Virus record (IMG/VR): IMGVR_UViG_3300009873_000012 | Span: 6,136-70,135 of that record | Strand: one strand, 5' to 3' | DNA length: 64,000 nt | From: a virus | Lineage: Duplodnaviria > Caudoviricetes | Shown here: positions 46,665-56,034 of the stretch, in pieces | How the letters are laid out: the number at the start of each line of letters is the position of its first letter | Numbering within the stretch: position 1 is the first letter of the stretch | Position numbers and translations under genes: made by a program | Notes under the pieces: model-generated | The model's database searches: none | Told to the model about the DNA's origin: nothing | What the model saw: only the letters and a program-made list of their open reading frames with translations

Positions 46665-48880
46665 AGTGGGATTACCTTTTCTACGGAAAACGAGTCTTTA
46701 TTAGAGCGCCCCTCAAGTATAACTTTTTCTTCTGGCGCCAAAAGATGCTCGTATTTAGCATAACTTTCCGGAAATATAACGATGTTAGTAGAGGCGCCGG
46801 TCGCATCATATGCAATTAAGAATGCCATATCTTCCTGCTTTTTCTTAGTCTTGCATTTTTTAACTTCTCTTATTATAACAGCCGCAGAAATTTTGTCAAC
46901 CTTGTCACCATGTATTTTAGAGATTTGGCGGCATGTTTTTCTATTTTTTAACATACTAAGATCGCCCAAATTAAGTGGGGTAAACTCGCGTCCTATAAAT
47001 TCACGCTCCCAAAACAGTTTTTGCCCTATAGTATCATTTAGTGAGGTGGGCGGATGCTCTAACTTTTTGATTAAGTTTTCTATTTTTCTTTTGCTAACTA
47101 TACTATGACACAGTTTCCCCTTCCCAGTAGGCAAAGTTAATATGTTTTTCAAACCATCTAATAACTTGAACTTATTTTTAGAAAGATAATCTATTATTTC
47201 CTCGGAAAGATTATTTATCACTTCTTTTAATTCATAATACATTTGTCTACGCGGCACATTAAAAAAGTCACAGCTTCCACTTTTTATTAGAGATTCGGCA
47301 CACAATGAATTTATTTTGTTAAGATGGTTATATAAAAACTCATAATAAGAGACTTTTTGTTCTGGCAATACATCTATACATGATTCATTAACATACTTCA
47401 TATTACCAAGACCTATTACTACATTATTTTTGTCAATAACAGAGTGATAATTTCTATAGCGGATATCTGGTGGCGCGATTTTGACGCCCATTAAGGCGGC
47501 ATCTTCAATAATTTCGCATATTTTTTCCTGTTTGGTTAGGCGCGGATCTTTTGCATTATCTAGCTCGGTACAATAAAATACTTTTGGAAAATGGGCTTTT
47601 GGGTAAGCGCTGTAGTAATAACCGTCGAGCGCATAAGCTACGGCATGGCTTTTATTAAATGCATAGCGTCCTGAAGCCTCAATACCTCCAAATATTACGT
47701 TGGCTGTTTCTTCATTAATGTTATTTTTAGCACAACCAGCGATGAACATTTTTTTAGCTTTTTCGATAAGATCTAGATTCTTTTTGCCAATCGAGTTGTG
47801 AACTATAATTCCATTAACGTATGCCCACGGTGTTTCTTCGTCAATAGTAAAATCATATACTTCTTCCTTGCCATATTTTTCTATTTTTGTTATTTTTGAA
47901 TATTTAAAGTCATAGTTTAAAACTTCTTCTAGAAGATCACTGTCAATAATGGTGTTTAAATAGGCGGCTTTTTCGTAAATAGATGTGATTTTTTCTATAA
48001 TCTCTAGATCTGCATTTGTAATTTTTAGTAGAGATTTATCCGTATAACATCCCTCGCTTATAAAGTAAGCGTACAACGTAGCTAAATCTGGGTCAATTAC
48101 CTGTTTAACGGTTTTAACCGTTTTAAATCTATCGATAGAGCAGATGTAGTCATCTAGAGTTAAACACTGAGCCTCTTTCCATCCATTGTTTGTCAATATT
48201 TTATGATCATATGTACATCTTATTGTTCTTCCATTACTTGTTATTTTTAATGTTCTTCTTTTGTTTTTTTGCTTCCAAGCTTTAGAAATTTCTTTAAAAA
48301 TATTTTTTCCGTCGTTATTAACAGTTAATACTTTTATTTTTTTATCACTATTGCAAATTTCTTCTATTGACATTGGACCATGTTCGGTATGGAAAATACT
48401 ATCCCTAGAGATGCATTTGCGCACATAAATATCTGCCTCGTTACCACTAAAACCCGCAAGCTCTTTCGCAATCTTAATAGCTTGCTCTTGATAGACCATA
48501 ATTCCATTAGTAGTTTTTAAAATAGGTTCTAGATCTGGATGCTCATAATAAGTGTCCATTCTACCAAACTTGCGCTCTACGAAAACATCAGATAGTTTCT
48601 TGCCATCTAATTCTGCGTCTAGCGTGCCCGGTCTAATAATGGAGATAAGAGCAGCCCACTCCTCAATAGAAAGTGGCTGTATCTCTTTAGAGTACTTTTT
48701 ACCCAAATATTTATCTAATTGGAATACGCCGCCAGTTAAGCCCTGACATACCATCCCCCAAGTTTTACCGCAATCTAGCTTAACTTTAGACGGGTCCCAA
48801 TCTAGCCCAATCATTTTGCCTGTCGAGTCAAGGGTAACGTCAAACTCGCAGCCACAATCAAATTTTTTCTTCTTTTTCAT
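46661..48880 (-). CDS. dnaE: DNA polymerase III alpha, C-terminal part, intein-containing
   Basis: GVFQL, LISIIRPG, T.GIMVYQEQ, AGFS..EAD, GKK, YAFNKSHAVAY, KAHFP..FY, and a C-terminal OB fold (MAFL...D.TG...VIFPE.Y). Confidence 0.9.
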   Translation of the reverse strand: MKKKKKFDCGCEFDVTLDSTGKMIGLDWDPSKVKLDCGKTWGMVCQGLTGGVFQLDKYLGKKYSKEIQPLSIEEWAALISIIRPGTLDAELDGKKLSDVFVERKFGRMDTYYEHPDLEPILKTTNGIMVYQEQAIKIAKELAGFSGNEADIYVRKCISRDSIFHTEHGPMSIEEICNSDKKIKVLTVNNDGKNIFKEISKAWKQKNKRRTLKITSNGRTIRCTYDHKILTNNGWKEAQCLTLDDYICSIDRFKTVKTVKQVIDPDLATLYAYFISEGCYTDKSLLKITNADLEIIEKITSIYEKAAYLNTIIDSDLLEEVLNYDFKYSKITKIEKYGKEEVYDFTIDEETPWAYVNGIIVHNSIGKKNLDLIEKAKKMFIAGCAKNNINEETANVIFGGIEASGRYAFNKSHAVAYALDGYYYSAYPKAHFPKVFYCTELDNAKDPRLTKQEKICEIIEDAALMGVKIAPPDIRYRNYHSVIDKNNVVIGLGNMKYVNESCIDVLPEQKVSYYEFLYNHLNKINSLCAESLIKSGSCDFFNVPRRQMYYELKEVINNLSEEIIDYLSKNKFKLLDGLKNILTLPTGKGKLCHSIVSKRKIENLIKKLEHPPTSLNDTIGQKLFWEREFIGREFTPLNLGDLSMLKNRKTCRQISKIHGDKVDKISAAVIIREVKKCKTKKKQEDMAFLIAYDATGASTNIVIFPESYAKYEHLLAPEEKVILEGRSNKDSFSVEKVIPL
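47795..48415 (-). mobile_element. Intein (207 aa) in DnaE with a remnant LAGLIDADG motif
   Basis: Begins at Cys156 (CISRDSIFHT), includes block B (IRCTYDHKILT..GW.EA), and ends VYDFTI...YVNGIIVHN followed by Ser. Removing it restores ADIYVRK|SIGKK. Confidence 0.9.
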
Positions 48881-49617
48881 TTACAAAATTCTGGAACTTT
48901 ACTAATTACCCGCTTTTGTAGAGTCAGAAATCTTTTAATGAGGTCGCCACAATCCAATACATCTTTTAGAGCTTCGTGTCCACCTTCAGTTGGAATACCA
49001 AAGTATTTACGCAAGCTATCAAGAGAATAATTATAGGGTGGTCGTTTAGAGAATTGCAACCAAGTTGGCGCTATATAACGCAAATCTAATTCTTGTCCTT
49101 GTGCAAAAGGATATTTATTGCCAGTTTCATCACAATCGCGCTTAATAATGGGATTGTCGTAAAGTATGATGTTTTGTCCACCAGCAGTAGGCTTGCTGCC
49201 ATCCTTAAATTCCGCACAATAATCACAAAACATTCTCAAGGCTTCCTTTTTAGCAAAGCCAGCCTTCCAAATATTTATTATTTCTTCGTGTGTTTTACTA
49301 GTATTTTTAGAGTGAAAATTAAGAACTTGCTTGTGAGCGTCACTAAAATCATGGTTGTCTACTCCATCTGGTTTGACATTAATATTAAAAACGCGATCTG
49401 TCTCCATTTCGAGCGTCTTTAAGTTCATGGGAACTGCCGCAATTTGTACTATTTGAAGTTCCTGATACTGTGGCGCCGAAACAAGTTTTATAAGATCGGT
49501 AGAGCTATATGCAGTATTAGGGCATAATTGTTTTTCAAGACGTTTTAAAATTTGTCTTGCGTCTTCTTGAATATCTAAGCCAGTAGTTTCTAAATCATAA
49601 ATTATACAATATTTCAT
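48877..49617 (-). CDS. DEDDh 3'-5' exonuclease (DnaQ/epsilon-like)
   Basis: IYDLETTG, GQNIILYD, and HEALKDV motifs; adjacent to the DnaE C-terminal gene. Confidence 0.85.
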   Translation of the reverse strand: MKYCIIYDLETTGLDIQEDARQILKRLEKQLCPNTAYSSTDLIKLVSAPQYQELQIVQIAAVPMNLKTLEMETDRVFNINVKPDGVDNHDFSDAHKQVLNFHSKNTSKTHEEIINIWKAGFAKKEALRMFCDYCAEFKDGSKPTAGGQNIILYDNPIIKRDCDETGNKYPFAQGQELDLRYIAPTWLQFSKRPPYNYSLDSLRKYFGIPTEGGHEALKDVLDCGDLIKRFLTLQKRVISKVPEFCK

Positions 49618-49946
49618 TCATTTAACCTTATGTCGTTCGCTAATAAAATTATGTGCATTTTTATATCATCTATAGAGGCAGCTTTATGAGTAAAGCAAAA
49701 ATAGTCAAATTTAAGAGAAAAATTAAAAAAATTGTTTAAGTTTATACTGTCATTTTTTATAACTGTTGTTGTTTGACATAATAGAGTCTGAATAGGTGTC
49801 TTTTCAAATTTAGCATCTATATACCAATCATCAAGGATATTAACATATATTATATGCTCCATATCTAGACTATCAAAATATTTTTTTGGAATAGAATACT
49901 TATTACAGTGATCCAGTTCTTTTATTTTGATTATTTTTTCTAACAT
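49614..49946 (-). CDS. Tandem paralog family member 4 (unknown function)
   Basis: ELDHCNKYSIPKKYF ... YFCFTHKAASIDDIKMHIILLANDI. Confidence 0.75.
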   Translation of the reverse strand: MLEKIIKIKELDHCNKYSIPKKYFDSLDMEHIIYVNILDDWYIDAKFEKTPIQTLLCQTTTVIKNDSINLNNFFNFSLKFDYFCFTHKAASIDDIKMHIILLANDIRLNE

Positions 49947-50239
49947 ATATCATTTGCTAGTAAGATAAGGTGCATTTTAATATCATTAATAGATACGGAT
50001 TTTCGCGCAAGACAGAAAGATGTAGCTATTAATTTATATTTAACATAATCACCAATTTTTATTTGTTTAACAGTAAATTTTTGATATATTACTATTTTTA
50101 AGTCCCACTCTTCAAATAAACTATCTACCTGCTCATCGTCTGAAACGCGCTACATCTCTTTTCTGGGTATATTCATGAAATATCTATTAGGGATAGAATA
50201 CTTATTGGAATATACTAATTCTTTCATAAGTTCAATCAT
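49940..50239 (-). pseudogene. Tandem paralog family member 3, interrupted by an in-frame TAG
   Basis: Manual translation gives MIELMKELVYSNKYSIPNRYFMNIPRKEM*RVSDD...SFCLARKSVSINDIKMHLILLANDIC*. The TAG is at 50150-50152, and both conserved ends are in the same frame. Confidence 0.8.
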
Positions 50240-50564
50240 ATGGATTTATTTCATTCGCCCACATAATACAGTGTAGTCTAATGTCGTCTATGGTAATTTC
50301 TTTTGAGGCAAAACAAAAATAGTGATTTTCACATTTATGAATATCGTATACTACTTGATTATTTATAGTAGTGCCAGAATTAACATAAGTAATAAATGGT
50401 GTTGCGCAAAATACCATTCCAATAACATTTTTAAAAAAGTCTGCTTTTGTTTCATCAAATATACTATATAATTGTATACCTAGTATATTGACACAGTATC
50501 TAGAAGGCACACTATATTTATTACAGTATGGCAATTCAAGTATTTTTTCTATCTTCTCAGTCAT
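50232..50564 (-). CDS. Tandem paralog family member 2
   Basis: ELPYCNKYSVPSRY ... YFCFASKEITIDDIRLHCIMWANEI. Confidence 0.75.
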   Translation of the reverse strand: MTEKIEKILELPYCNKYSVPSRYCVNILGIQLYSIFDETKADFFKNVIGMVFCATPFITYVNSGTTINNQVVYDIHKCENHYFCFASKEITIDDIRLHCIMWANEINPYD

Positions 50565-50949
50565 TCAAATCTATCCCATTTGCTAACATAATCATGTATA
50601 TCTGAATATCTTGTATAGACATTCCCTTTCTAGCAAAACAGAAAAAATTAACTTCTGGTTCAAACACTCCTTCGAAGTATGATATTAACCAACTAACTAT
50701 CTCTAAATTTGCACATAATAGTACATTCATTTTGCAATCATATGTAAATAATAACACGTTAGTATCATAAATACTTGTATAATCATCGTAAAATTTAACA
50801 TCTATTTTCGAGTTTTCAGAATCTGAAATTGGCGTTATCTTATGTATATCTAAACTTTGAATATATTTTCGCGGTATCAAATATTTATCAGAGTATTCTA
50901 ATTCTTCTTTAATGATTTTATTCAAACTCTGTGACTGTGTCATCTTCAT
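50557..50949 (-). CDS. Tandem paralog family member 1
   Basis: ELEYSDKYLIPRKYI ... FFCFARKGMSIQDIQIYMIMLANGI. Confidence 0.75.
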   Translation of the reverse strand: MKMTQSQSLNKIIKEELEYSDKYLIPRKYIQSLDIHKITPISDSENSKIDVKFYDDYTSIYDTNVLLFTYDCKMNVLLCANLEIVSWLISYFEGVFEPEVNFFCFARKGMSIQDIQIYMIMLANGIDLND

Positions 50950-51172
50950 TTAAATCCTCAGAAAACTCAAAAATCTCAGGCTCTGGATCTGGTTCTCTCT
51001 CTATCTTAACAGCCTTAACCTTTACCATAGTTGGTTCTACGATATCACGCGTATTAAATGTTTCTGGAACGCCCTTTTCATCCGTGGCACTTCTTACGCC
51101 GGTCTTTGTATAAACTTTGCGACCACCGGGCTTCTTAAACGTGCTGCCTACCTTTAGGAATGCGAATTTCAT
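50918..51172 (-). CDS. Small KOW/SH3-like protein with acidic tail
   Basis: The ATG at 51172 follows the SD AAGGAG; sequence MKFAFLKVGSTFKKPGGRKVYTKT. Confidence 0.6.
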   Translation of the reverse strand: MKFAFLKVGSTFKKPGGRKVYTKTGVRSATDEKGVPETFNTRDIVEPTMVKVKAVKIEREPDPEPEIFEFSEDLNEDDTVTEFE

Positions 51173-51182
51173 ATAGTTCTCC

Positions 51183-51359
51183 TTATAGTTTTTGTACTTG
51201 ATCGGAAGGTCTGAAAATTTTAGTTGTGCTGGGCGTTTCATCTAAAGTTGCATTATACAATATAGTACAGCAGCTTTTCTTTTTAGGTGTAACTTTAACC
51301 CACGTTTGACCATCGCTAACAAATTTGTCACCAACTTTTAGACTTGCAAATGCTACCAT
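51183..51359 (-). CDS. Small KOW/SH3-like protein (58 aa), not in the ORF track
   Basis: MVAFASLKVGDKFVSDGQTWVKVTPKKKSCCTILYNATLDETPSTTKIFRPSDQVQKL shares the F..LKVG..F start with the next gene. Confidence 0.6.
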   Translation of the reverse strand: MVAFASLKVGDKFVSDGQTWVKVTPKKKSCCTILYNATLDETPSTTKIFRPSDQVQKL

Positions 51360-53001
51360 TTTTAAGTACCTCTCTCATATATTCTGCTTTTTCTACAAGG
51401 TCTAGACCAAGCAGGTCAAGTTTAAGTAAGCCTAGTGCCTCAGAACTGTTCATTTCGGTACCCACGACATAATGCTCGTCCCAGATTAATGGAGCTTGCT
51501 TATAAAGCGGTTCATTAGAAATAACGAATGCTGACGCATGTTTTCCAATTGAAGCTATCACCTTGTCTAGTTTAATTGCCTGTTCAAATTCCTTAGCGTA
51601 TACGCCACTAAAGTTCTCATTCTCTAATATACACCATTTGGAGACTTTTTTAGGCTCGTTCATTAAAGTCCATAGAACCATGCTACGAGTTCCGTGCTTT
51701 TTCTCCTGATCTTTTAGGTCAGCATCGATTACGCCTTCCTTTTGAAAATCCTTGGTAATCTCGTTTTGCTCATAAGCGGGGACTTTTTGAGGCGAAACTC
51801 TAAGGGCGGCTTTTAGGGCAGCGGCACCCTTTAAAGTATTAAAAGTGCATAATTGCGCAAATTTATCCTCGCCATAATTCTCATAAATATACTGAACGAG
51901 AGAATCTCTACTAGAGGGCGGTATATCTATGTCTATATCTGGAAAACTACCCCTATCATCACTATAAAAACGCTCAAACAGCAAATCATATTTGATTGGA
52001 TCTACCTGTGTAATGTTCAATAAATACGAGATTAAGCAGCCTCCAGCAGATCCGCGACCTACTCCAATTAGTCTATTTCTCTTAAGTAGAAAATTTGTGA
52101 TATCCTGAACTATTAAGAAGTAACCAGCCATTCCAGCTTTTTTAATTACCGCCAATTCATATTTGAGTCTTTCCTTATACGGTTTACCTAAACCTCGTTT
52201 TATTAATTCTGATTCACATTTTTTCTCTATAAACTCGCTCTCGCTCAATCCTCCTAGTGAGTGATATTGGGGAAGAATTTGTTTCTTTTTAATGTCGAAT
52301 TGTTCTATTTTATCAAAAATTTCTAAGGTGCGCTTAAATGCCGCATCATCAAATCCAAGAGCTTTTAATTCTTCATAAGAGTGAATATTGGCGTGATTAG
52401 GAAATGGCGCATCATTTCTATTATTTTTATGTAGAATGTGAACTAGGTCCAATCTGCCGTCAATGCACAAATTGTCAGTAATAGGCACGCCCAAAAAATT
52501 ATCGTTTGTGTATCCATGATATGGGTTTACTCCCTTATAAAAGTCTTTAAAGATTCGCGAGCATTCTTTTTCTTGTGCTATATTTAAGTTGACGCCCACA
52601 CATATTAAATTTGTTAAGTCAAATTCGGCTATTTCACTTATTGATATCTTTTTAGATCGTTCTGGATTATTATAATAGTAAAGTATTTCTAATAATGATT
52701 TCCAACCATCTAAATTTTTACAATATACAATTATTTTTCCATTAACAAGATTTGGCAATTTAACCGATGTATGGTCAGGACACACTAGTAACTGACAACC
52801 AAATACCGGTTTTTTCTCGTATTTAATCATCTCATTGTAATAGGATACACATTGAGAAACATTACTAATATCTGTTAGTGGAAGTCCAGGAAACTCAGAA
52901 GTTTCCAAGAACTTGCCTAGAGTTTCCGTACGAGTTGACGATTCTAATATTGAGCCATGTGTAGCGCATGTTAACGGAAAGTACTTAAAATGGGATGTCA
53001 T
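51328..53001 (-). CDS. dnaE: DNA polymerase III alpha, N-terminal part (degenerate PHP domain plus catalytic core)
   Basis: LTD, KPVFG, RL.YEL.VI, GVGRGSAGG.L..YLL.IT..DPI, LLFERF, FPDIDID, GKHASA, LLKLDLLG. The start is placed at the ATG at 53001. Confidence 0.9.
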   Translation of the reverse strand: MTSHFKYFPLTCATHGSILESSTRTETLGKFLETSEFPGLPLTDISNVSQCVSYYNEMIKYEKKPVFGCQLLVCPDHTSVKLPNLVNGKIIVYCKNLDGWKSLLEILYYYNNPERSKKISISEIAEFDLTNLICVGVNLNIAQEKECSRIFKDFYKGVNPYHGYTNDNFLGVPITDNLCIDGRLDLVHILHKNNRNDAPFPNHANIHSYEELKALGFDDAAFKRTLEIFDKIEQFDIKKKQILPQYHSLGGLSESEFIEKKCESELIKRGLGKPYKERLKYELAVIKKAGMAGYFLIVQDITNFLLKRNRLIGVGRGSAGGCLISYLLNITQVDPIKYDLLFERFYSDDRGSFPDIDIDIPPSSRDSLVQYIYENYGEDKFAQLCTFNTLKGAAALKAALRVSPQKVPAYEQNEITKDFQKEGVIDADLKDQEKKHGTRSMVLWTLMNEPKKVSKWCILENENFSGVYAKEFEQAIKLDKVIASIGKHASAFVISNEPLYKQAPLIWDEHYVVGTEMNSSEALGLLKLDLLGLDLVEKAEYMREVLKNGSICKSKSW

Positions 53002-53338
53002 CTTCGCTCGTTTCCGGTCGAACTTTCTCCGTCTTTTCACTATTTTGGGAGACGGGTCCACCAACAAAGTTCCAAGAATTACACACTATACCCAAATAGG
53101 TTTTGCTTTGATACTCTCTTGAAGTCAGGGCGCCGCTTACCATTATAGGATCGCCATTTTTCAAATACTTCTTACTTCGCTCAATTAACTTACTATCGAA
53201 AATCTTTACATCATAAAAAAGATCTACTGCATCCTTACCAAAAGCCTTATCCAAAACTCTAAAACTAAGAAATGAATTAGCGTCATTCGTCTTCAATTCT
53301 GTTACAATCTTACCAACTACCGTAATATTATTTGCCAT
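52985..53338 (-). CDS. ssb: Single-stranded DNA-binding protein
   Basis: OB-fold pattern (N.ITVVG; YLKNGDPIMVSGAL..REY) and an acidic C-terminus ending DDIPF. Confidence 0.88.
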   Translation of the reverse strand: MANNITVVGKIVTELKTNDANSFLSFRVLDKAFGKDAVDLFYDVKIFDSKLIERSKKYLKNGDPIMVSGALTSREYQSKTYLGIVCNSWNFVGGPVSQNSEKTEKVRPETSEDDIPF

Positions 53339-54332
53339 TTTTACAATTCTCCACTACCATCTCTATAGGTCTCTTGTTTAAAAAATAATGAGTTGCATCA
53401 CAAACAGATTTACATCCATCAACCGGCTTAAATTGATCATAATCGTCAGCTTTTACATCCACGCCTTGTTTACCCCAGTCTGAAAATGAAGTTTTAGAAA
53501 ACGGGCAGAAATTATTACACTTCCACGTTATAGTCCTTTTAGGATTACTCATGGATTTTATTTGTAGATAAATATCTTTAACGTGTGCTAATGCTTTTTT
53601 AATATGACTGTCATCAAAAAATAAGGAAAATGGTTTATCTTTATTCACATACCAAATATGGGTATTTATATTGTCAAGTGAAAATTTTTGCAGTAAAGCC
53701 CAATAGTAAAGGGCTAGCTGTATATCTTCAGATAGAGTAGCATAGGTATGCTCTACTCCGGTATTCCAATCTTGAGTTCTTCCAAACTTATAATCTAAAT
53801 AGTTAATATCGCCATTATTGTCTTCAAAAACTATATCTATAATTCCGTTGATATGAAGATATCCCTCTTCGACCTTATCTCCTTTTAAGTAGGCATACTT
53901 TGCCCAGTCTTCCTTAATTGGAATATTGAAAAATTGTTCTGTAGATATAATCCTTTTATGATTTTCTGGAAAAAATTCGTGGTTTCTAGCCTTATCAATA
54001 TAATCATACAGCGTGTTTTTATCTGCTCCAGACCACTCTATATGTCTTTCCTTTTTTGTGAAGTGTTCAAACGACTTCTCTATAAAGTCAAATATATTAT
54101 AATCGGATTTGATGCGTCCAACTATTTTGTCGTTTTGCCACTTTTTACCTTCGTCCCTCAGTTTTTTGGCGCGCGCTACACACTCTAATACGTAGTGCCC
54201 CATAGTTCCTAAGGCGGCAGCTTTTCCTGTTGGCTCTCTATATCCTAATATATAAGAGAGGAACCACTTCATCTGGCACCCCTCAAATGTCTTGATGGAG
54301 GACGGACTAACTTTTTTAATAGGAATGGTCAA
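53328..54332 (-). CDS. PD-(D/E)XK (RecB/Cas4-like) exonuclease
   Basis: SPSSI..F..C, G..GH..LE, GIIDIV, LDYKFG, QLALY, and C-terminal CNNFCPF...C. Confidence 0.85.
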   Translation of the reverse strand: MTIPIKKVSPSSIKTFEGCQMKWFLSYILGYREPTGKAAALGTMGHYVLECVARAKKLRDEGKKWQNDKIVGRIKSDYNIFDFIEKSFEHFTKKERHIEWSGADKNTLYDYIDKARNHEFFPENHKRIISTEQFFNIPIKEDWAKYAYLKGDKVEEGYLHINGIIDIVFEDNNGDINYLDYKFGRTQDWNTGVEHTYATLSEDIQLALYYWALLQKFSLDNINTHIWYVNKDKPFSLFFDDSHIKKALAHVKDIYLQIKSMSNPKRTITWKCNNFCPFSKTSFSDWGKQGVDVKADDYDQFKPVDGCKSVCDATHYFLNKRPIEMVVENCKNGK

Positions 54333-55132
54333 ATTATAAATCTCCTTGGATTAAGGACGTCAATTTTGCGCATTCCATTAATTAAACTTTGCTTTAACTT
54401 ATTTATGTCGCCATCCCTATTGTCAATAACGAGGTCCCATTCGTAGTCTGGAATAGAAAGAAAATCATTTTCACTTGAATGCTTTTCATCATTTGGCGCT
54501 ATATCGCGCAATAATTTAACGCAGCATGCTCCAGAATTCTTAAGTTCCTTAAACTCGTCAACAAATCTTAAATCTTTAATAAAGGAATAGGCTGGAGCTT
54601 CACTGAAAATCCTCTTAATCGTTGACTCTCTCCATGCGGGCTCATATAGTTTGCGCACAATGTCGGTGCCAAAAAACTGCATAACTTCTCTTCCTGTCAT
54701 AAAGCCCGCTTCGTGATAGAAGAATTTATCTTCGAAATTCAGTGTTTCGTCTAACTTGCTTTTGCGTTTTAAAGTTTTAATTAACCATTTATAGGTTTCT
54801 TCATCTGTTATGATGCCCGGCATATCTTCCCACTTTATATGAGTTAAGCTATTTTTTTCCTCATCACTACCATATACTTGCTCCCTTTTGAGATTAAGAA
54901 TATTTACTGCAAATTCTTTGAGGGCATCAGCAAAACTATAGGTTTTTAATAGTAGTGGATCTACAGAGTTAACTTCTATTTTAGAGTCGCCGCTATAAAT
55001 TGCCGAATCGGGCTTTAGAATAAAATCGTTAATTCTACCGAATTTTGTTAGTAGAAGCCCAGACAAGAAATTAGCAGAGCTGTCTTTTCCTGACTGTTTG
55101 GCACCACCGAATGCCACTATAATTTGTTTCAT
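54329..55132 (-). CDS. Deoxynucleoside monophosphate kinase
   Basis: G.KQSGKD, SFADALKE, REVMQFFGTD..R, DLRF..E, H.SE. Confidence 0.85.
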   Translation of the reverse strand: MKQIIVAFGGAKQSGKDSSANFLSGLLLTKFGRINDFILKPDSAIYSGDSKIEVNSVDPLLLKTYSFADALKEFAVNILNLKREQVYGSDEEKNSLTHIKWEDMPGIITDEETYKWLIKTLKRKSKLDETLNFEDKFFYHEAGFMTGREVMQFFGTDIVRKLYEPAWRESTIKRIFSEAPAYSFIKDLRFVDEFKELKNSGACCVKLLRDIAPNDEKHSSENDFLSIPDYEWDLVIDNRDGDINKLKQSLINGMRKIDVLNPRRFII

Positions 55133-56034
55133 ATAATTTTCCTTATTATTGGTTCAATATTATTTAGAACCCAGTCTACACTCATCGAGCCAATATCGTC
55201 TTTATAATCTAAATCAGGTATATATAATTTGTATAGGTTCGATAATTCTTTTTTTATTTTTTCAGCACCCAGCTCACCAGCTGCGCCCTTATCCTTCAAA
55301 TAAACTATGTTCATAATTCCCATTCTACTGAGAATTCTTTTTTGGGTACGAGATATAGAACAGCCCAATGTGGCTATTGAACAGTGAATGCCCGCCTCTT
55401 CTAATCTCCATACATTACCGGGACTTTCTACTATGATGGCGGTCTTTGTATCAAAAATATAATCTTTAGCATACCAACTATTATATAAGTAGCTGCTTTT
55501 TTTAAAGCCCTTACTATGTATCCATTTTTCCTTTGACTTATTAGTTGTGTCGCGCCCAGTAAATCCTATTGCAAACTGATGATCTATTGAGTAAACTGGG
55601 ACTACTGCGCGCCTATACATCATTTTGCCGGGCGTATTGCAGTATCCCACATCATACTTGTCTATTATATCATAGCTGTAGTTTCTGTCAAGGTAATAAG
55701 TGGCGGGCAACTCAGAAAAGGACGAGCGAACTTTATCGCGCGGAATAAGCTTTTTTAGTTCTTCATCAACCAAAATTATGTCATCATAGCGCGGCTCGGG
55801 CATCTCAAAATCAATTTCGTCATTGCTAAGATTTAGTGCTCTCCGTAGTCCTTTAAAGGTACATCCCCAAGTATTATGACATAAGTGCGTGAAGCATTGC
55901 CATACGCCATTCTTATATAGGACGAAAGAAGTTGGATTATCTCCACCATGGATAGGACAACATCCCTGATATCTATTTCCATATTCTTTTAAGTCTAGTC
56001 TAGAAATTAATTCTTTCTTCATTATCAATCTCAT
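55129..56034 (-). CDS. dnaG: DNA primase (Zn finger plus TOPRIM)
   Basis: CPIHGGDNP...CFTH.C, R...P, GFTGR, KW.HS, IVES...VWRL, and D...G. Confidence 0.85.
   Translation of the reverse strand: MRLIMKKELISRLDLKEYGNRYQGCCPIHGGDNPTSFVLYKNGVWQCFTHLCHNTWGCTFKGLRRALNLSNDEIDFEMPEPRYDDIILVDEELKKLIPRDKVRSSFSELPATYYLDRNYSYDIIDKYDVGYCNTPGKMMYRRAVVPVYSIDHQFAIGFTGRDTTNKSKEKWIHSKGFKKSSYLYNSWYAKDYIFDTKTAIIVESPGNVWRLEEAGIHCSIATLGCSISRTQKRILSRMGIMNIVYLKDKGAAGELGAEKIKKELSNLYKLYIPDLDYKDDIGSMSVDWVLNNIEPIIRKII

Noticed and set aside
50150-50152. Genome-wide TAG recoding (genetic code 15 type) suggested by the in-frame TAG in paralog 3
   Set aside because: All long conserved genes are full length under the standard code, and gmd (2319-2321) and the repeat protein (6935-6937) end at TAG at sensible positions. 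A single nonsense lesion is the simpler explanation.
48850-51400. Split intein joining the two DnaE halves
   Set aside because: The N-half ends without an intein N-terminal block and the C-half starts without an HN-C/S block. The only intein is internal and contiguous.
53328-54332. CRISPR-Cas system implied by the Cas4-like nuclease
   Set aside because: No repeat-spacer array or other cas genes were seen. Stand-alone PD-(D/E)XK nucleases are common in phage replication modules.
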